From positions 293,145 to 357,144 of the forward strand of contig CBFHOE010000003.1 of assembly GCA_965657355.1 (NCBI GenBank): 64,000 nucleotides of DNA. The letters run 5' to 3'. Positions within the stretch are counted from its first letter, which is position 1; each line of letters opens with the position of its first letter. The translations under genes and the position numbers were made by a program. Positions 46,569-55,189 of this stretch are shown here, one piece after another. The stretch is from Limisphaerales bacterium (lineage in GTDB: Bacteria; Verrucomicrobiota; Verrucomicrobiia; Limisphaerales; JAJOIW01). The notes beneath the pieces were generated by a model that worked only from the letters and a program-made list of their open reading frames with translations, had not been told where the DNA came from and made no database searches.

Positions 46569-47583
46569 TAATATTGTGAGCAGAGGTGATTTGGCTTGAA
46601 TCGTAATAAATTTCTCCGGCTTGCTGGTTTTTACTGCCCCCGTGGCCCACATAATCCATTAAATAGTATTTTTTAGATTCTGAAGGATCCACAAAAGTGC
46701 TGAAATATATTGAGGGTTGCCCAACGCCAGGAAGGGTGTATCCCTCGTTGTTTTCCTGCTGATCAGAATTATAGAAACCATTCCCATCATCCGGGATATT
46801 TACTTCCACACAAATGTAAAACCCCTCTGGATCTTCATCGATATATTTTTCAACAGAGAAACTATGTTCGGGGGTAGCTCCTGAAAAAGTATCAATATCT
46901 CCATTTGGCTCTACACCTGAAGCAAGTGTAAATTGATGCCTCCAAATCGGAAGTATATCTACCCTATTCCTCTGGTTTTCTCCCCACGAGAATGATTCAT
47001 TGAAAGCACTCTCTTCCGAGACAAAAAAAGTTTCTATTAGAGAACCCACAGAAGATTCTGCCCAGACTGCGATTTGGGGCCGAGCCCCACTAAAGGGGGT
47101 AGGAAACCTTGCCACGGGGTCGTAAGAACTACCCCATTCAATTTCAACAAATACGGAGGATTTATCAGTGGTAGACTTCTTAATTTGTGTTTGATCGATT
47201 AAATGCCTTGTATGAACGTCGTCCTCAGGACGGAAGATGATTGATGTATTTCTCACTTCATAACTCCATGACAACAGCTGGGGAACAGGCCACCAAGACC
47301 ACACGCACGCTCCCAAAAAATATCCACAAAAGATTAAAGGTATAATTAATAATGAAATGCCATTACTTTTTCGTCGGCTACCATTTTTATCAGCTCTCAA
47401 CATTTTTGTGAAATAATGCAAGCGTGCCAATAAGTGGAGAGCCACAGTGATAAAAACTAAGAATCCAAAAACAATATGTACTCTGGTTGTAGCTAAAGAA
47501 AATGGCTGAAAAAATCGAAGGAGTGCACTCGATATCAAAACCACAAAGGAGAGCAGTAATGTAAAATTAACATAATGCTTCAT
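46534..47583 (-). CDS. Membrane-anchored DUF2271-like periplasmic protein carrying an ApbE flavinylation motif
   Basis: The N-terminal TM helices contain conserved His residues (RVHIVFGFLVFITVALHLLARLH). The periplasmic domain has PQIAVWAESSVGSLIETFFVS (DUF2271-like) and DTFSGATP (nt 46873-46893), which matches the Dxx(s/t)GAT FMN-attachment consensus. Confidence 0.75.
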   Translation of the reverse strand: MKHYVNFTLLLSFVVLISSALLRFFQPFSLATTRVHIVFGFLVFITVALHLLARLHYFTKMLRADKNGSRRKSNGISLLIIPLIFCGYFLGACVWSWWPVPQLLSWSYEVRNTSIIFRPEDDVHTRHLIDQTQIKKSTTDKSSVFVEIEWGSSYDPVARFPTPFSGARPQIAVWAESSVGSLIETFFVSEESAFNESFSWGENQRNRVDILPIWRHQFTLASGVEPNGDIDTFSGATPEHSFSVEKYIDEDPEGFYICVEVNIPDDGNGFYNSDQQENNEGYTLPGVGQPSIYFSTFVDPSESKKYYLMDYVGHGGSKNQQAGEIYYDSSQITSAHNIIEKVLIRIQRP

Positions 47584-47728
47584 ATTAAAAATAAAAGTTG
47601 AATGGTGTCTTAGGTGCCTATTCGATAATTATAGGTAAATCTACGGTGGCATGCATGAACGTTTGCTTATACCTGTGTCGTGGTAATTTGCGTATGTCAT
47701 TTAATTTGTTCATACTAGTGATTTGGTA

Positions 47729-49549
47729 TTATGAATATCCACACAGGTTCCGTAATTCTTGGATATGTTTTTTTCCGACTTCTCTTGGGTTTGCTTTATA
47801 TTTTTTGCAAAGAGAGGCAGCGAAGCCTGTCGCGACACCCATTTGCCCGCATGTATTCATGACTCTTGGTCCGCCTAGTCCAACATGTGTGCAGCTAAAG
47901 CATCGTCCAGCCATTTGGAGGTTATCAATGTCTTTGGAATAGAGTGAACGGTATGGGATGTAGTAAAAGGTATTTTTGATACTCTGAAAAAGTGCCTCTG
48001 ATAAGAAATCTACCGATCGTCCCAAAAGTTTTTCCTGGTAATGGACATCAATTTTCCTTTTTTCAGTGACTACCGTATCGGGGAATTCAACTGAGTCTCG
48101 AGCGTCTACCCCAGTATATATGTGATCACCCATTATTCTTCTAGACTCTCTTTTGCCAACGAGAAAAGAAATCCAATCCAATTCTAAATTTGCAAATTGG
48201 CGACGCTTAATAGCATTCGCGTATGACCCATAGATAGCGCGAAACATGTGGTCTCGAATAGTCTCCGAGTCATGTATCTGATGGAGTTCGTTGTGGGTAA
48301 ATTCCCACTGCCACTCACCTGCAGTCGCCACATGGTTTTTAGCTACAGGCTTAGCCCAAGGAACCGAGGGAAAAGAGATCCTTTTATTTCTTTTCTTTGT
48401 ATACCACATAACACTTGATCCCATAACTCTATTATCTGGCACTTCAGGGGACCACAGGTCCCCGTGTTTATCCCAGCCTTCACCAAATTCATTTTTTGAT
48501 TCTCGACCGTAGCGAAATTCACAACCAGCCATGTAAGCCAGCCAAGCATCTCCGGATGTATCAATGAACTGATCTGCAGAGAAATTTTTCAAAATTCCGT
48601 TGGCGGTTTCTACTGCTTTGACTGATACAATTCTGTTTCCTTTTTTTTCTGCGGCGACCATTGTGTGGCTCAGGAAAATATCCACATTCTCAAGCGCATT
48701 CATGTTAGCCATACGTTTTTTGTCGGCTTTTAATGCTTCGGGTGAGGAATTAGGGTAATGAGGTGTGTCGATCATCTTGAGGATTTCCTCTGCTTTTGAA
48801 TGGATTCCCTCCGTATGTACTCTAATTTCGCTGCTTGCATTACCTCCCAAAACAGGCCGGTTATGAATAAGGGCAACTTTCACTCCTTGTGAGTTCGCAG
48901 CAATAGCAGCTGCACAGCCTGAAATCCCTCCTCCGATAATGATGAGGTCATAATGCCCTTTATCAAAGGCAGAAGAAGGGAGTCCTACTTTCTGTCTTCG
49001 CCATTTTGGGAGAATTTCTCTTTCAATCGGCGGTCTATCATTTTTGTCCGGGCTAAAATATATAGCCGAGCATCTTCCTTCAAATCCAGTCAGGTCTTTC
49101 AATGAAATGGAGTTATTTAGCTCATCTTTTTTGATTTCAATTTGGCCACCGTATTGCCATGCCCACCCCTCTTTGGTTCCAAAAGTTTCTGGTAATGGCT
49201 TATTATTGACAAGGATTTGGAATTTTCCGGGGGCTTCCCAATTTCCCGGGCACCAATCTTTGGTCAGTACCCAAGCATGGTATTTGCCTTTTTTGGGGAA
49301 TTTAATTTGACCGGTCGCATCATCTACAGGTTTTCCGAGCCCATGTGCCAATAAATAACTAAATCCTAAATGGTTCTCGAACTGGTTATCTAACATCCAG
49401 CCACCGAGATTTTCAAAATGGGCAGTTTCTACCAAAACAGATTCTGTATCTGTGGATTGAGCCGCTTTACCAAATAAAGGGTGCATTGATAAGGCAGCAG
49501 CAGATGCCACGCTCATATCCTTAAAAAAGCTTCTTCGTGTCTTACTCAT
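47729..49549 (-). CDS. Tat-exported FAD-dependent oxidoreductase (PVC glycan-locus type)
   Basis: MSKTRRSFFKDMSVASAAAL is a Tat signal. A ~170-aa N-terminal beta-sandwich-like region is followed by the dinucleotide fold YDLIIIGGGISGCAAAIAA. Confidence 0.8.
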   Translation of the reverse strand: MSKTRRSFFKDMSVASAAALSMHPLFGKAAQSTDTESVLVETAHFENLGGWMLDNQFENHLGFSYLLAHGLGKPVDDATGQIKFPKKGKYHAWVLTKDWCPGNWEAPGKFQILVNNKPLPETFGTKEGWAWQYGGQIEIKKDELNNSISLKDLTGFEGRCSAIYFSPDKNDRPPIEREILPKWRRQKVGLPSSAFDKGHYDLIIIGGGISGCAAAIAANSQGVKVALIHNRPVLGGNASSEIRVHTEGIHSKAEEILKMIDTPHYPNSSPEALKADKKRMANMNALENVDIFLSHTMVAAEKKGNRIVSVKAVETANGILKNFSADQFIDTSGDAWLAYMAGCEFRYGRESKNEFGEGWDKHGDLWSPEVPDNRVMGSSVMWYTKKRNKRISFPSVPWAKPVAKNHVATAGEWQWEFTHNELHQIHDSETIRDHMFRAIYGSYANAIKRRQFANLELDWISFLVGKRESRRIMGDHIYTGVDARDSVEFPDTVVTEKRKIDVHYQEKLLGRSVDFLSEALFQSIKNTFYYIPYRSLYSKDIDNLQMAGRCFSCTHVGLGGPRVMNTCGQMGVATGFAASLCKKYKANPREVGKKHIQELRNLCGYS

Positions 49550-49762
49550 ATCCGTAAAAGTTCAATTTCCTAATGCGCTATTCTTCTTAGATCCGGACAG
49601 CGCACAAGTCGATTGTGTTATTAAGTGTATGGCCTTTATGAATTAATGGAGGGAAATTTCAATAAAAATGTCCCTCTTTGATCTTTGTTTAATGAGGATT
49701 CTATTTTCTATTGATGTTAGAGGTTTTCAAAAATAGCCATTAGGTTATATTCGCCATTCCTC

Positions 49763-50800
49763 ATGAAAAAACTAAGCGTAGGCATTATTGGGTATGGTTG
49801 GGCTGCTGGGGCTCACATAGAAGCAATTAATAATTCAGGCCTTGCGGAAGTCCGTTCTATTTTCTCTTCCCGCGAATTAGATTCTGACGAGGTCTCCCAA
49901 AAGCATGGCCCTGGTTTGCAAGTTCATACAGATCTAAAGGAATTCCTTATGGATGAAACTTTAGACGTCGTTTCAATAACCAGTCATCCATGGAAACACA
50001 GGGAGCAAGCAGAATTAGCCGCTCTTGCGGGTAAGCATATAATTCTTGAAAAGCCAATGTCACTTTCTTTGGAGGATTGCCAATCCTTGTCAAAAGTTAT
50101 TCGGGAAACTGGAGTTGGATTCTGTTTATGTTTTGAGTGCCGTTTTTCAAGCCAGTTTAAAGCGACTAAATCTATTATTGACCAAGGTTTATTAGGGGAT
50201 ATCCATTATGGTGAAGTTGATTATTATCATGGGATTGGCCCATGGTACGGGCAATATTCTTGGAATGTAAAAAAAGATGGGGGCTGCAGTTCGCTACTTT
50301 CAGCTGGGTGTCATGCCCTTGACGCACTTCTTTACTGCATGGGGGGAGAAGTGGAGACAGTGTCTAGCTATTCTACAAAATCTCGAAATGACGATTTTTC
50401 CAAATATGAATACGACACAACCTCCGTCACCATTTTAAAATTCACCGACGGAAGAGTTGGAAAGACTTCTTCTGTAATTGATTGTATTCAGCCGTATTAT
50501 TTTCATACTCATTTAGTTGGCAGTCAGGGGAGTCTTTTGGACAATAAAATCCATACAGAAAAAATCCACGGACTTAATAAAAATAAATGGGGGCATCTCA
50601 ACTTCGGGCTAGTGGACTCCGGTGACGTCGCTGATCATCCTTATCAAAGTCAGTTTACCATTTTTTTTCAAAAAATTCTCGCAGGTGAGCCCATGGTCGA
50701 GACAGGTCTTGATGGTGCCATGAAAACGCATAATGTGATTTTTGCTGCGGATCTCTCAGCCGAAGAAGGAAAGCCGATTTCCATTCAGAGTTTAGTTTGA
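49763..50800 (+). CDS. Gfo/Idh/MocA-family NAD(P)-dependent oxidoreductase
   Basis: KLSVGIIGYGWAAGAHIEAI is a Rossmann motif, and ILEKPMSLSLEDC is the EKP motif. Confidence 0.85.
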   Translation: MKKLSVGIIGYGWAAGAHIEAINNSGLAEVRSIFSSRELDSDEVSQKHGPGLQVHTDLKEFLMDETLDVVSITSHPWKHREQAELAALAGKHIILEKPMSLSLEDCQSLSKVIRETGVGFCLCFECRFSSQFKATKSIIDQGLLGDIHYGEVDYYHGIGPWYGQYSWNVKKDGGCSSLLSAGCHALDALLYCMGGEVETVSSYSTKSRNDDFSKYEYDTTSVTILKFTDGRVGKTSSVIDCIQPYYFHTHLVGSQGSLLDNKIHTEKIHGLNKNKWGHLNFGLVDSGDVADHPYQSQFTIFFQKILAGEPMVETGLDGAMKTHNVIFAADLSAEEGKPISIQSLV

Positions 50801-50815
50801 GATAAATATTTTCGA

Positions 50816-51586
50816 ATGAAGAAGGTTGCCTTAGCTATAGCTGCTCATCCTGATGACATTGAGTTTGTGATGTCAGGTACACTGATGTTGCTTCGCAAAT
50901 CTGGGTTTGAAATCCATTACCTCAATCTTTCCTCAGGGAATTTGGGGAGCAATACGTTATCGGAGTCCGATATCAAAGAGGTCAGAGCTGAAGAGTCTCG
51001 CTCCTCAGCGTTGCTCATGGGCGCGACTTGGCATCCTCCATTTTTGAATGATCTTGAAATCGTATATCATATAAACTACCTCCGTGAACTTTCAGCGCTG
51101 ATTCGTTCAATAAAGCCTACTATTTTGTTGACCCACTCTCCGCAGGACTACATGGAAGATCATATGTGTACTTCAAGGTTAGCAGTGACAGCTGCATTTT
51201 CTCGGGGTATGCCCAATTTTAAAACCCTACCTCCCAAAAGCCACTTCGATGCTCCTATTGCGATCTACCATTCTCAACCGCATATGAATAGAGATCAAAT
51301 GGGTGAGTTTATTGAACCAAAATTTGGAGTTGATGTGTCGTCGGTAATAGCAGAAAAAAGAGAGTCGCTCTTATCACATAAAAGTCAAAAAGATTGGCTG
51401 GATGCCAGCCAGGGAATCGATTCCTACATCAATACTATGGAATCAAATTTGAAAGAGGTGGGCAAGTCTCTGCATGTTGATGGATTTGTAGAAGGGTGGA
51501 GGCCACACTCTCATTTTGGGTATTGTGATTCTAACTTTAAACCATTAGAAAAAGCCCTGAAACCTTATCTTATAAATAGAAATTAA
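50816..51586 (+). CDS. PIG-L/LmbE-family N-acetylglucosaminyl deacetylase
   Basis: VALAIAAHPDDIEFVMSGT is the AHPDD motif, and HxDH-like residues (MEDHM) are present. The gene starts 15 nt after the preceding gene. Confidence 0.85.
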   Translation: MKKVALAIAAHPDDIEFVMSGTLMLLRKSGFEIHYLNLSSGNLGSNTLSESDIKEVRAEESRSSALLMGATWHPPFLNDLEIVYHINYLRELSALIRSIKPTILLTHSPQDYMEDHMCTSRLAVTAAFSRGMPNFKTLPPKSHFDAPIAIYHSQPHMNRDQMGEFIEPKFGVDVSSVIAEKRESLLSHKSQKDWLDASQGIDSYINTMESNLKEVGKSLHVDGFVEGWRPHSHFGYCDSNFKPLEKALKPYLINRN

Positions 51587-51595
51587 TATATTCAT

Positions 51596-52528
51596 ATGGC
51601 TCGAAAAATCAGTTCCGTCGCACCGGGGTGGTGGGATTATACCACATTAGATAGCGATCTTATTCGAGATGCCGCTGCTCTGACACCAGCTAAAATGAAG
51701 AAGCTCTCAAGGCCTGGGTTTTCCGTTGTGATGTACGATACCTTGGAAGAATTTTATTTAGCAGAAGCCTTGGAATACATTCATGCATGGAAACAGTCGA
51801 CAGCCGATAACCCAGTTGGTATTTGTGGGCCAATAGGTCCCACCGAACAGCTTCCTCTTGTTGCTAGAATCATTAATGACTTGGACCTCGACCTGAGGTC
51901 AGGGCATTTTTGGGGAATGGATGAATGGGTTGTTGATGGAAAGTCAGTGCCATCAAACCATCCTTTGTCTTTTGAGAAAGCAGATAGGGAGCTGTGTTTT
52001 AGTCGGATAAAGAAGAAGCTTCAGTTCCCGAATTCCCACCTTCATTTTCCCTCGTCAGATATAACTTCATTCAAACAGACATGGCAATCTGGTGTTAAAT
52101 GCGCCTTGATGCAGGGAGGGCAGGGAGATGTTAAGCACTGGGCATTCAATGACCCACTTCCGAGAAAGGGGAAGTGGAAAGATACCCCACCCACATTTGA
52201 AGCTTATTCCAAACTTGGAACTCGAGTTGTAAACTTACATCCTCTGACCATATCTCAAAATGCCAGAACCAGTGGTGGGGGAAATATTTCACTGGTCCCA
52301 TCACAAGCGGTGACTGTTGGGCCTCAAGAAACCTGGATGTCTGAAAAAGTGTCTATCTGGCATGCTGGATGTCATGATAATGCTTTTGGGCAAAGGTTGA
52401 CTTGTCTTATGATATCCGAAGGATTACTGGATTCCAGCGTTCCCATGTCTCTATTGGCCAACCACCCGAATGTCCAATTCAATTATCTTATTTCGGGTAT
52501 CGGAACATGCTCTGTAGAAATGCATTAG
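51596..52528 (+). CDS. Glucosamine-6-phosphate deaminase / 6-phosphogluconolactonase-fold protein (NagB-like, divergent)
   Basis: [19 protein letters not shown]...HFWGMDEW resembles the NagB GxxxG...(L/M)DE(Y/W) region. The assignment is tentative. Confidence 0.5.
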   Translation: MARKISSVAPGWWDYTTLDSDLIRDAAALTPAKMKKLSRPGFSVVMYDTLEEFYLAEALEYIHAWKQSTADNPVGICGPIGPTEQLPLVARIINDLDLDLRSGHFWGMDEWVVDGKSVPSNHPLSFEKADRELCFSRIKKKLQFPNSHLHFPSSDITSFKQTWQSGVKCALMQGGQGDVKHWAFNDPLPRKGKWKDTPPTFEAYSKLGTRVVNLHPLTISQNARTSGGGNISLVPSQAVTVGPQETWMSEKVSIWHAGCHDNAFGQRLTCLMISEGLLDSSVPMSLLANHPNVQFNYLISGIGTCSVEMH

Positions 52529-52666
52529 GAAGAAATGGGAGGACTTTTCGTCGAAAGTTTATGAAATAGGAGTTTGACCCCCTTGTTTTTCATACGAAAA
52601 TAGATTACTTAATCTATATCATCACGTCTGCCGGGACATGATCTAAACCATAAAATAACCAACTAA

Positions 52667-53464
52667 ATGCATATCCATCCATCAGGAAAACGATTAAAAG
52701 GTTTTACTCTTATTGAACTTCTTGTAGTCATTGCCATCATTGCCATATTGGCTAGCATGATGCTTCCTGCTCTTGCCAAGGCCAAAGAGGCAGGTAGATC
52801 AGCTAAATGTAAAAGCAACCTTCGTCAGATCAGCATGGGGATGGTCATGTATGCTGAAGACAGTCAGGATACTTTGCCATGGGCTGGTGGTGTCGATCGA
52901 AACCTTCAGCCTGACTGGGTTTGGGGTGGGCACAGAATGAGCAACCCAAATGATCAAAGGCAGTGGAGTCGTTCAAATTGGGCTTTGCATGCCGAATCTG
53001 GTTCCATATTTAATTATGTAACTGGTCTTCCTCGTGTTCTTCCAAAAGCTGGCAGAAGGGATACAGATTTTTATACGCGAACACATGACGTTTATCGTTG
53101 CCCAAGTACCGGTGAGTTGGGGCGATCTAGACGTGTTAATTTTAGCATGAACGCCTGGATTGACCCGGATCGCCGATTAAAAAATGGCAGAGTGGGCAAA
53201 AGAGGCGTTGAATTACTCAAAGTAAAAAGGCCCGTTTCCAAGCTTATGGTTTTAGATGAATCTCCAGAGACCATGCATAATGCCAGTTTCTTTCCTGGTG
53301 GCTCCGCTTCACGAGGAAACTTTACCTACCACAATGGAAAAATTAATATGGGTTTCATGGACGGGCACGTCGAGTCCATGAGGCATGAAAATGTCATGAA
53401 GATCCAACGCGACACAACCCGTGGTCACTACAATCGCTACCGCTTTTTCGATCCATATTATTGA
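52667..53464 (+). CDS. DUF1559 / prepilin-type N-terminal methylation-domain protein with the H-X9-DG motif
   Basis: [26 protein letters not shown] is a type IV pilin-like leader and helix. The C-terminal motif is [13 protein letters not shown]. Confidence 0.9.
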   Translation: MHIHPSGKRLKGFTLIELLVVIAIIAILASMMLPALAKAKEAGRSAKCKSNLRQISMGMVMYAEDSQDTLPWAGGVDRNLQPDWVWGGHRMSNPNDQRQWSRSNWALHAESGSIFNYVTGLPRVLPKAGRRDTDFYTRTHDVYRCPSTGELGRSRRVNFSMNAWIDPDRRLKNGRVGKRGVELLKVKRPVSKLMVLDESPETMHNASFFPGGSASRGNFTYHNGKINMGFMDGHVESMRHENVMKIQRDTTRGHYNRYRFFDPYY

Positions 53465-54979
53465 TTATCTAAATCTAGAATAATCACCATTTTGGATTTC
53501 CTTGAATTGGGACTCCATTTTTTTTGCGATTTGGGGAAAATCATCAATTAGGTTTACTTGTTCCCTTGGATCATTGTTTAAATCGTATAGTTGCCATTTC
53601 CCTTGAAATGGTTTTGAAGAGGGTTTTTCTCTTCCACCTGAACCTTCACTAAGAATGAGTTTCATGGAGCCATACCTGATTGCGAATGTCCCGTTAGCCG
53701 AGTGATTGATCACCGGCGGTCTGAGTGCTTTCGATTCTTTCTCCAAAAGATCATCCAAAAAGCTAAAGCTGTCGTCCGCAGCTGATTCTTCGAGCTTGGT
53801 GTTTAAAATTTCGGCCAGTGTTGCTAGAATATCCACATGGCAAGTTGTTCTTTCAGAGATTGAGCCACCCCTTACGGTTCCTGGCCATTTGACTAGGAAG
53901 GGTACTCTGTGTCCTCCTTCAAATACGTCTGCTTTAGTTCCTCTGAAGATAAAATTAGAGCGATGGTTTGTCTCATTATATGCTTGAATTGTTTCATCAG
54001 AAACATGGTCCTCGGTCTCTGAAAAATTTTTCCTATACATAAATGAGCCATTATCACTGGTGAAGATCACAATCGTGTTATTCTCGATTTTATTCTTTTT
54101 AACTGCATTTAAAATTTGTCCGACCGTCCAATCAGTTTGGATTATAAAATCTCCATAAAGTCCAAGACCTGATTTTCCAACAAACCTATCAGCAGGTAGA
54201 ACCGGCTTATGAGGCGATGTGAGTGGGATATAGAGAAAGAATGGTTTGCTCTTCTCTACTGATGTTGAAATAAAATCGGAAGCCTTTGATGCTATTTGGT
54301 CCAGTATTTTGACGGCATGAAAGTCTGGCGATCTTTCTCCTTTTCTGAGAAAGCCAGGAAATCTAATGGCTGATTGGTTCGCTGAAGGGAATTGTTCAAT
54401 TCTATCATTTTTTACCCAGACATACGGGGGGAAGTCCAGGGAAGCGGGTATGACTTCCGAATGGCTGAATCCATTCACATTCGGTGAATTGCCGATGGGT
54501 TTCGAGAAGTCGAATTTATTCGGGCTCTTTTTAGATTTAGCAAAGTTCAAACCTAGGTGCCATTTTCCAATAACACCCGTCCTGTATCCTTCATTCCTGA
54601 AAAGGTCCGCAAGGGTAAATCTGTTTGGATCAATTAATGATTTTGAATAGCCATTAAGAACACCTCGTTTGAGATTTGTTCTCCAGCAATACCTTCCCGT
54701 CACGAGTCCGTAGCGGGTGGGCGTGCAAACCGCAGATGGAGAATGAGCGTCAATGAATCTCATTCCTGATTTTGCTAGTCCATCCAGATTGGGAGTTGGT
54801 ATTTTTGAGTGTGGGTTAAGACTTTGGATATCTCCATACCCCATATCATCAGCTAGAATAACAACAACATTCGGTCGGTCATTATAAGATTTACTCCACC
54901 CATAGTTTGTGTAAATAAAAAGAGTCAATGCGGTTATCACCACGCTAGCGACTCTCATAAGTGTTTTGTCCTGATTCAT
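53465..54979 (-). CDS. Arylsulfatase (formylglycine-dependent, S1 family)
   Basis: VVILADDMGYGD, SAVCTPTRYGLVTGRY (the CxPxR FGly motif) and GKWHLG are present. Confidence 0.9.
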   Translation of the reverse strand: MNQDKTLMRVASVVITALTLFIYTNYGWSKSYNDRPNVVVILADDMGYGDIQSLNPHSKIPTPNLDGLAKSGMRFIDAHSPSAVCTPTRYGLVTGRYCWRTNLKRGVLNGYSKSLIDPNRFTLADLFRNEGYRTGVIGKWHLGLNFAKSKKSPNKFDFSKPIGNSPNVNGFSHSEVIPASLDFPPYVWVKNDRIEQFPSANQSAIRFPGFLRKGERSPDFHAVKILDQIASKASDFISTSVEKSKPFFLYIPLTSPHKPVLPADRFVGKSGLGLYGDFIIQTDWTVGQILNAVKKNKIENNTIVIFTSDNGSFMYRKNFSETEDHVSDETIQAYNETNHRSNFIFRGTKADVFEGGHRVPFLVKWPGTVRGGSISERTTCHVDILATLAEILNTKLEESAADDSFSFLDDLLEKESKALRPPVINHSANGTFAIRYGSMKLILSEGSGGREKPSSKPFQGKWQLYDLNNDPREQVNLIDDFPQIAKKMESQFKEIQNGDYSRFR

Positions 54980-55173
54980 TTTAATTTTGATAATATTCCA
55001 ATTCCGAAAAGTGATATTGAGGCCGCAATGAGTGATAAGCCCCCCCTCGCACCGCCTGAGAGAAGGCCCAATACGAGCCCTAATGCAGCAACAATAATTA
55101 GACCAGCTCGAGCTAGTTTATACATCTCATGAGGATCTGAGTCTTTTAAGAATTCTTCCCACTTTTTATTCAT
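54976..55173 (-). CDS. Small two-TM membrane protein (hypothetical)
   Basis: 65 aa with two hydrophobic helices. Its stop overlaps the sulfatase ATG (ATGA), and it starts 16 nt after the GH32 stop, which suggests translational coupling. Confidence 0.45.
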   Translation of the reverse strand: MNKKWEEFLKDSDPHEMYKLARAGLIIVAALGLVLGLLSGGARGGLSLIAASISLFGIGILSKLK

Positions 55174-55189
55174 ACAATTAGAACTTTCT

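Noticed and set aside
47598-47942. A 114-codon plus-strand ORF between the DUF2271 gene and the FAD oxidoreductase gene.
   Set aside because: More than half of it overlaps the 3' end of the well-supported minus-strand FAD oxidoreductase gene. Its translation is Cys/Leu/Phe-rich with no motif.
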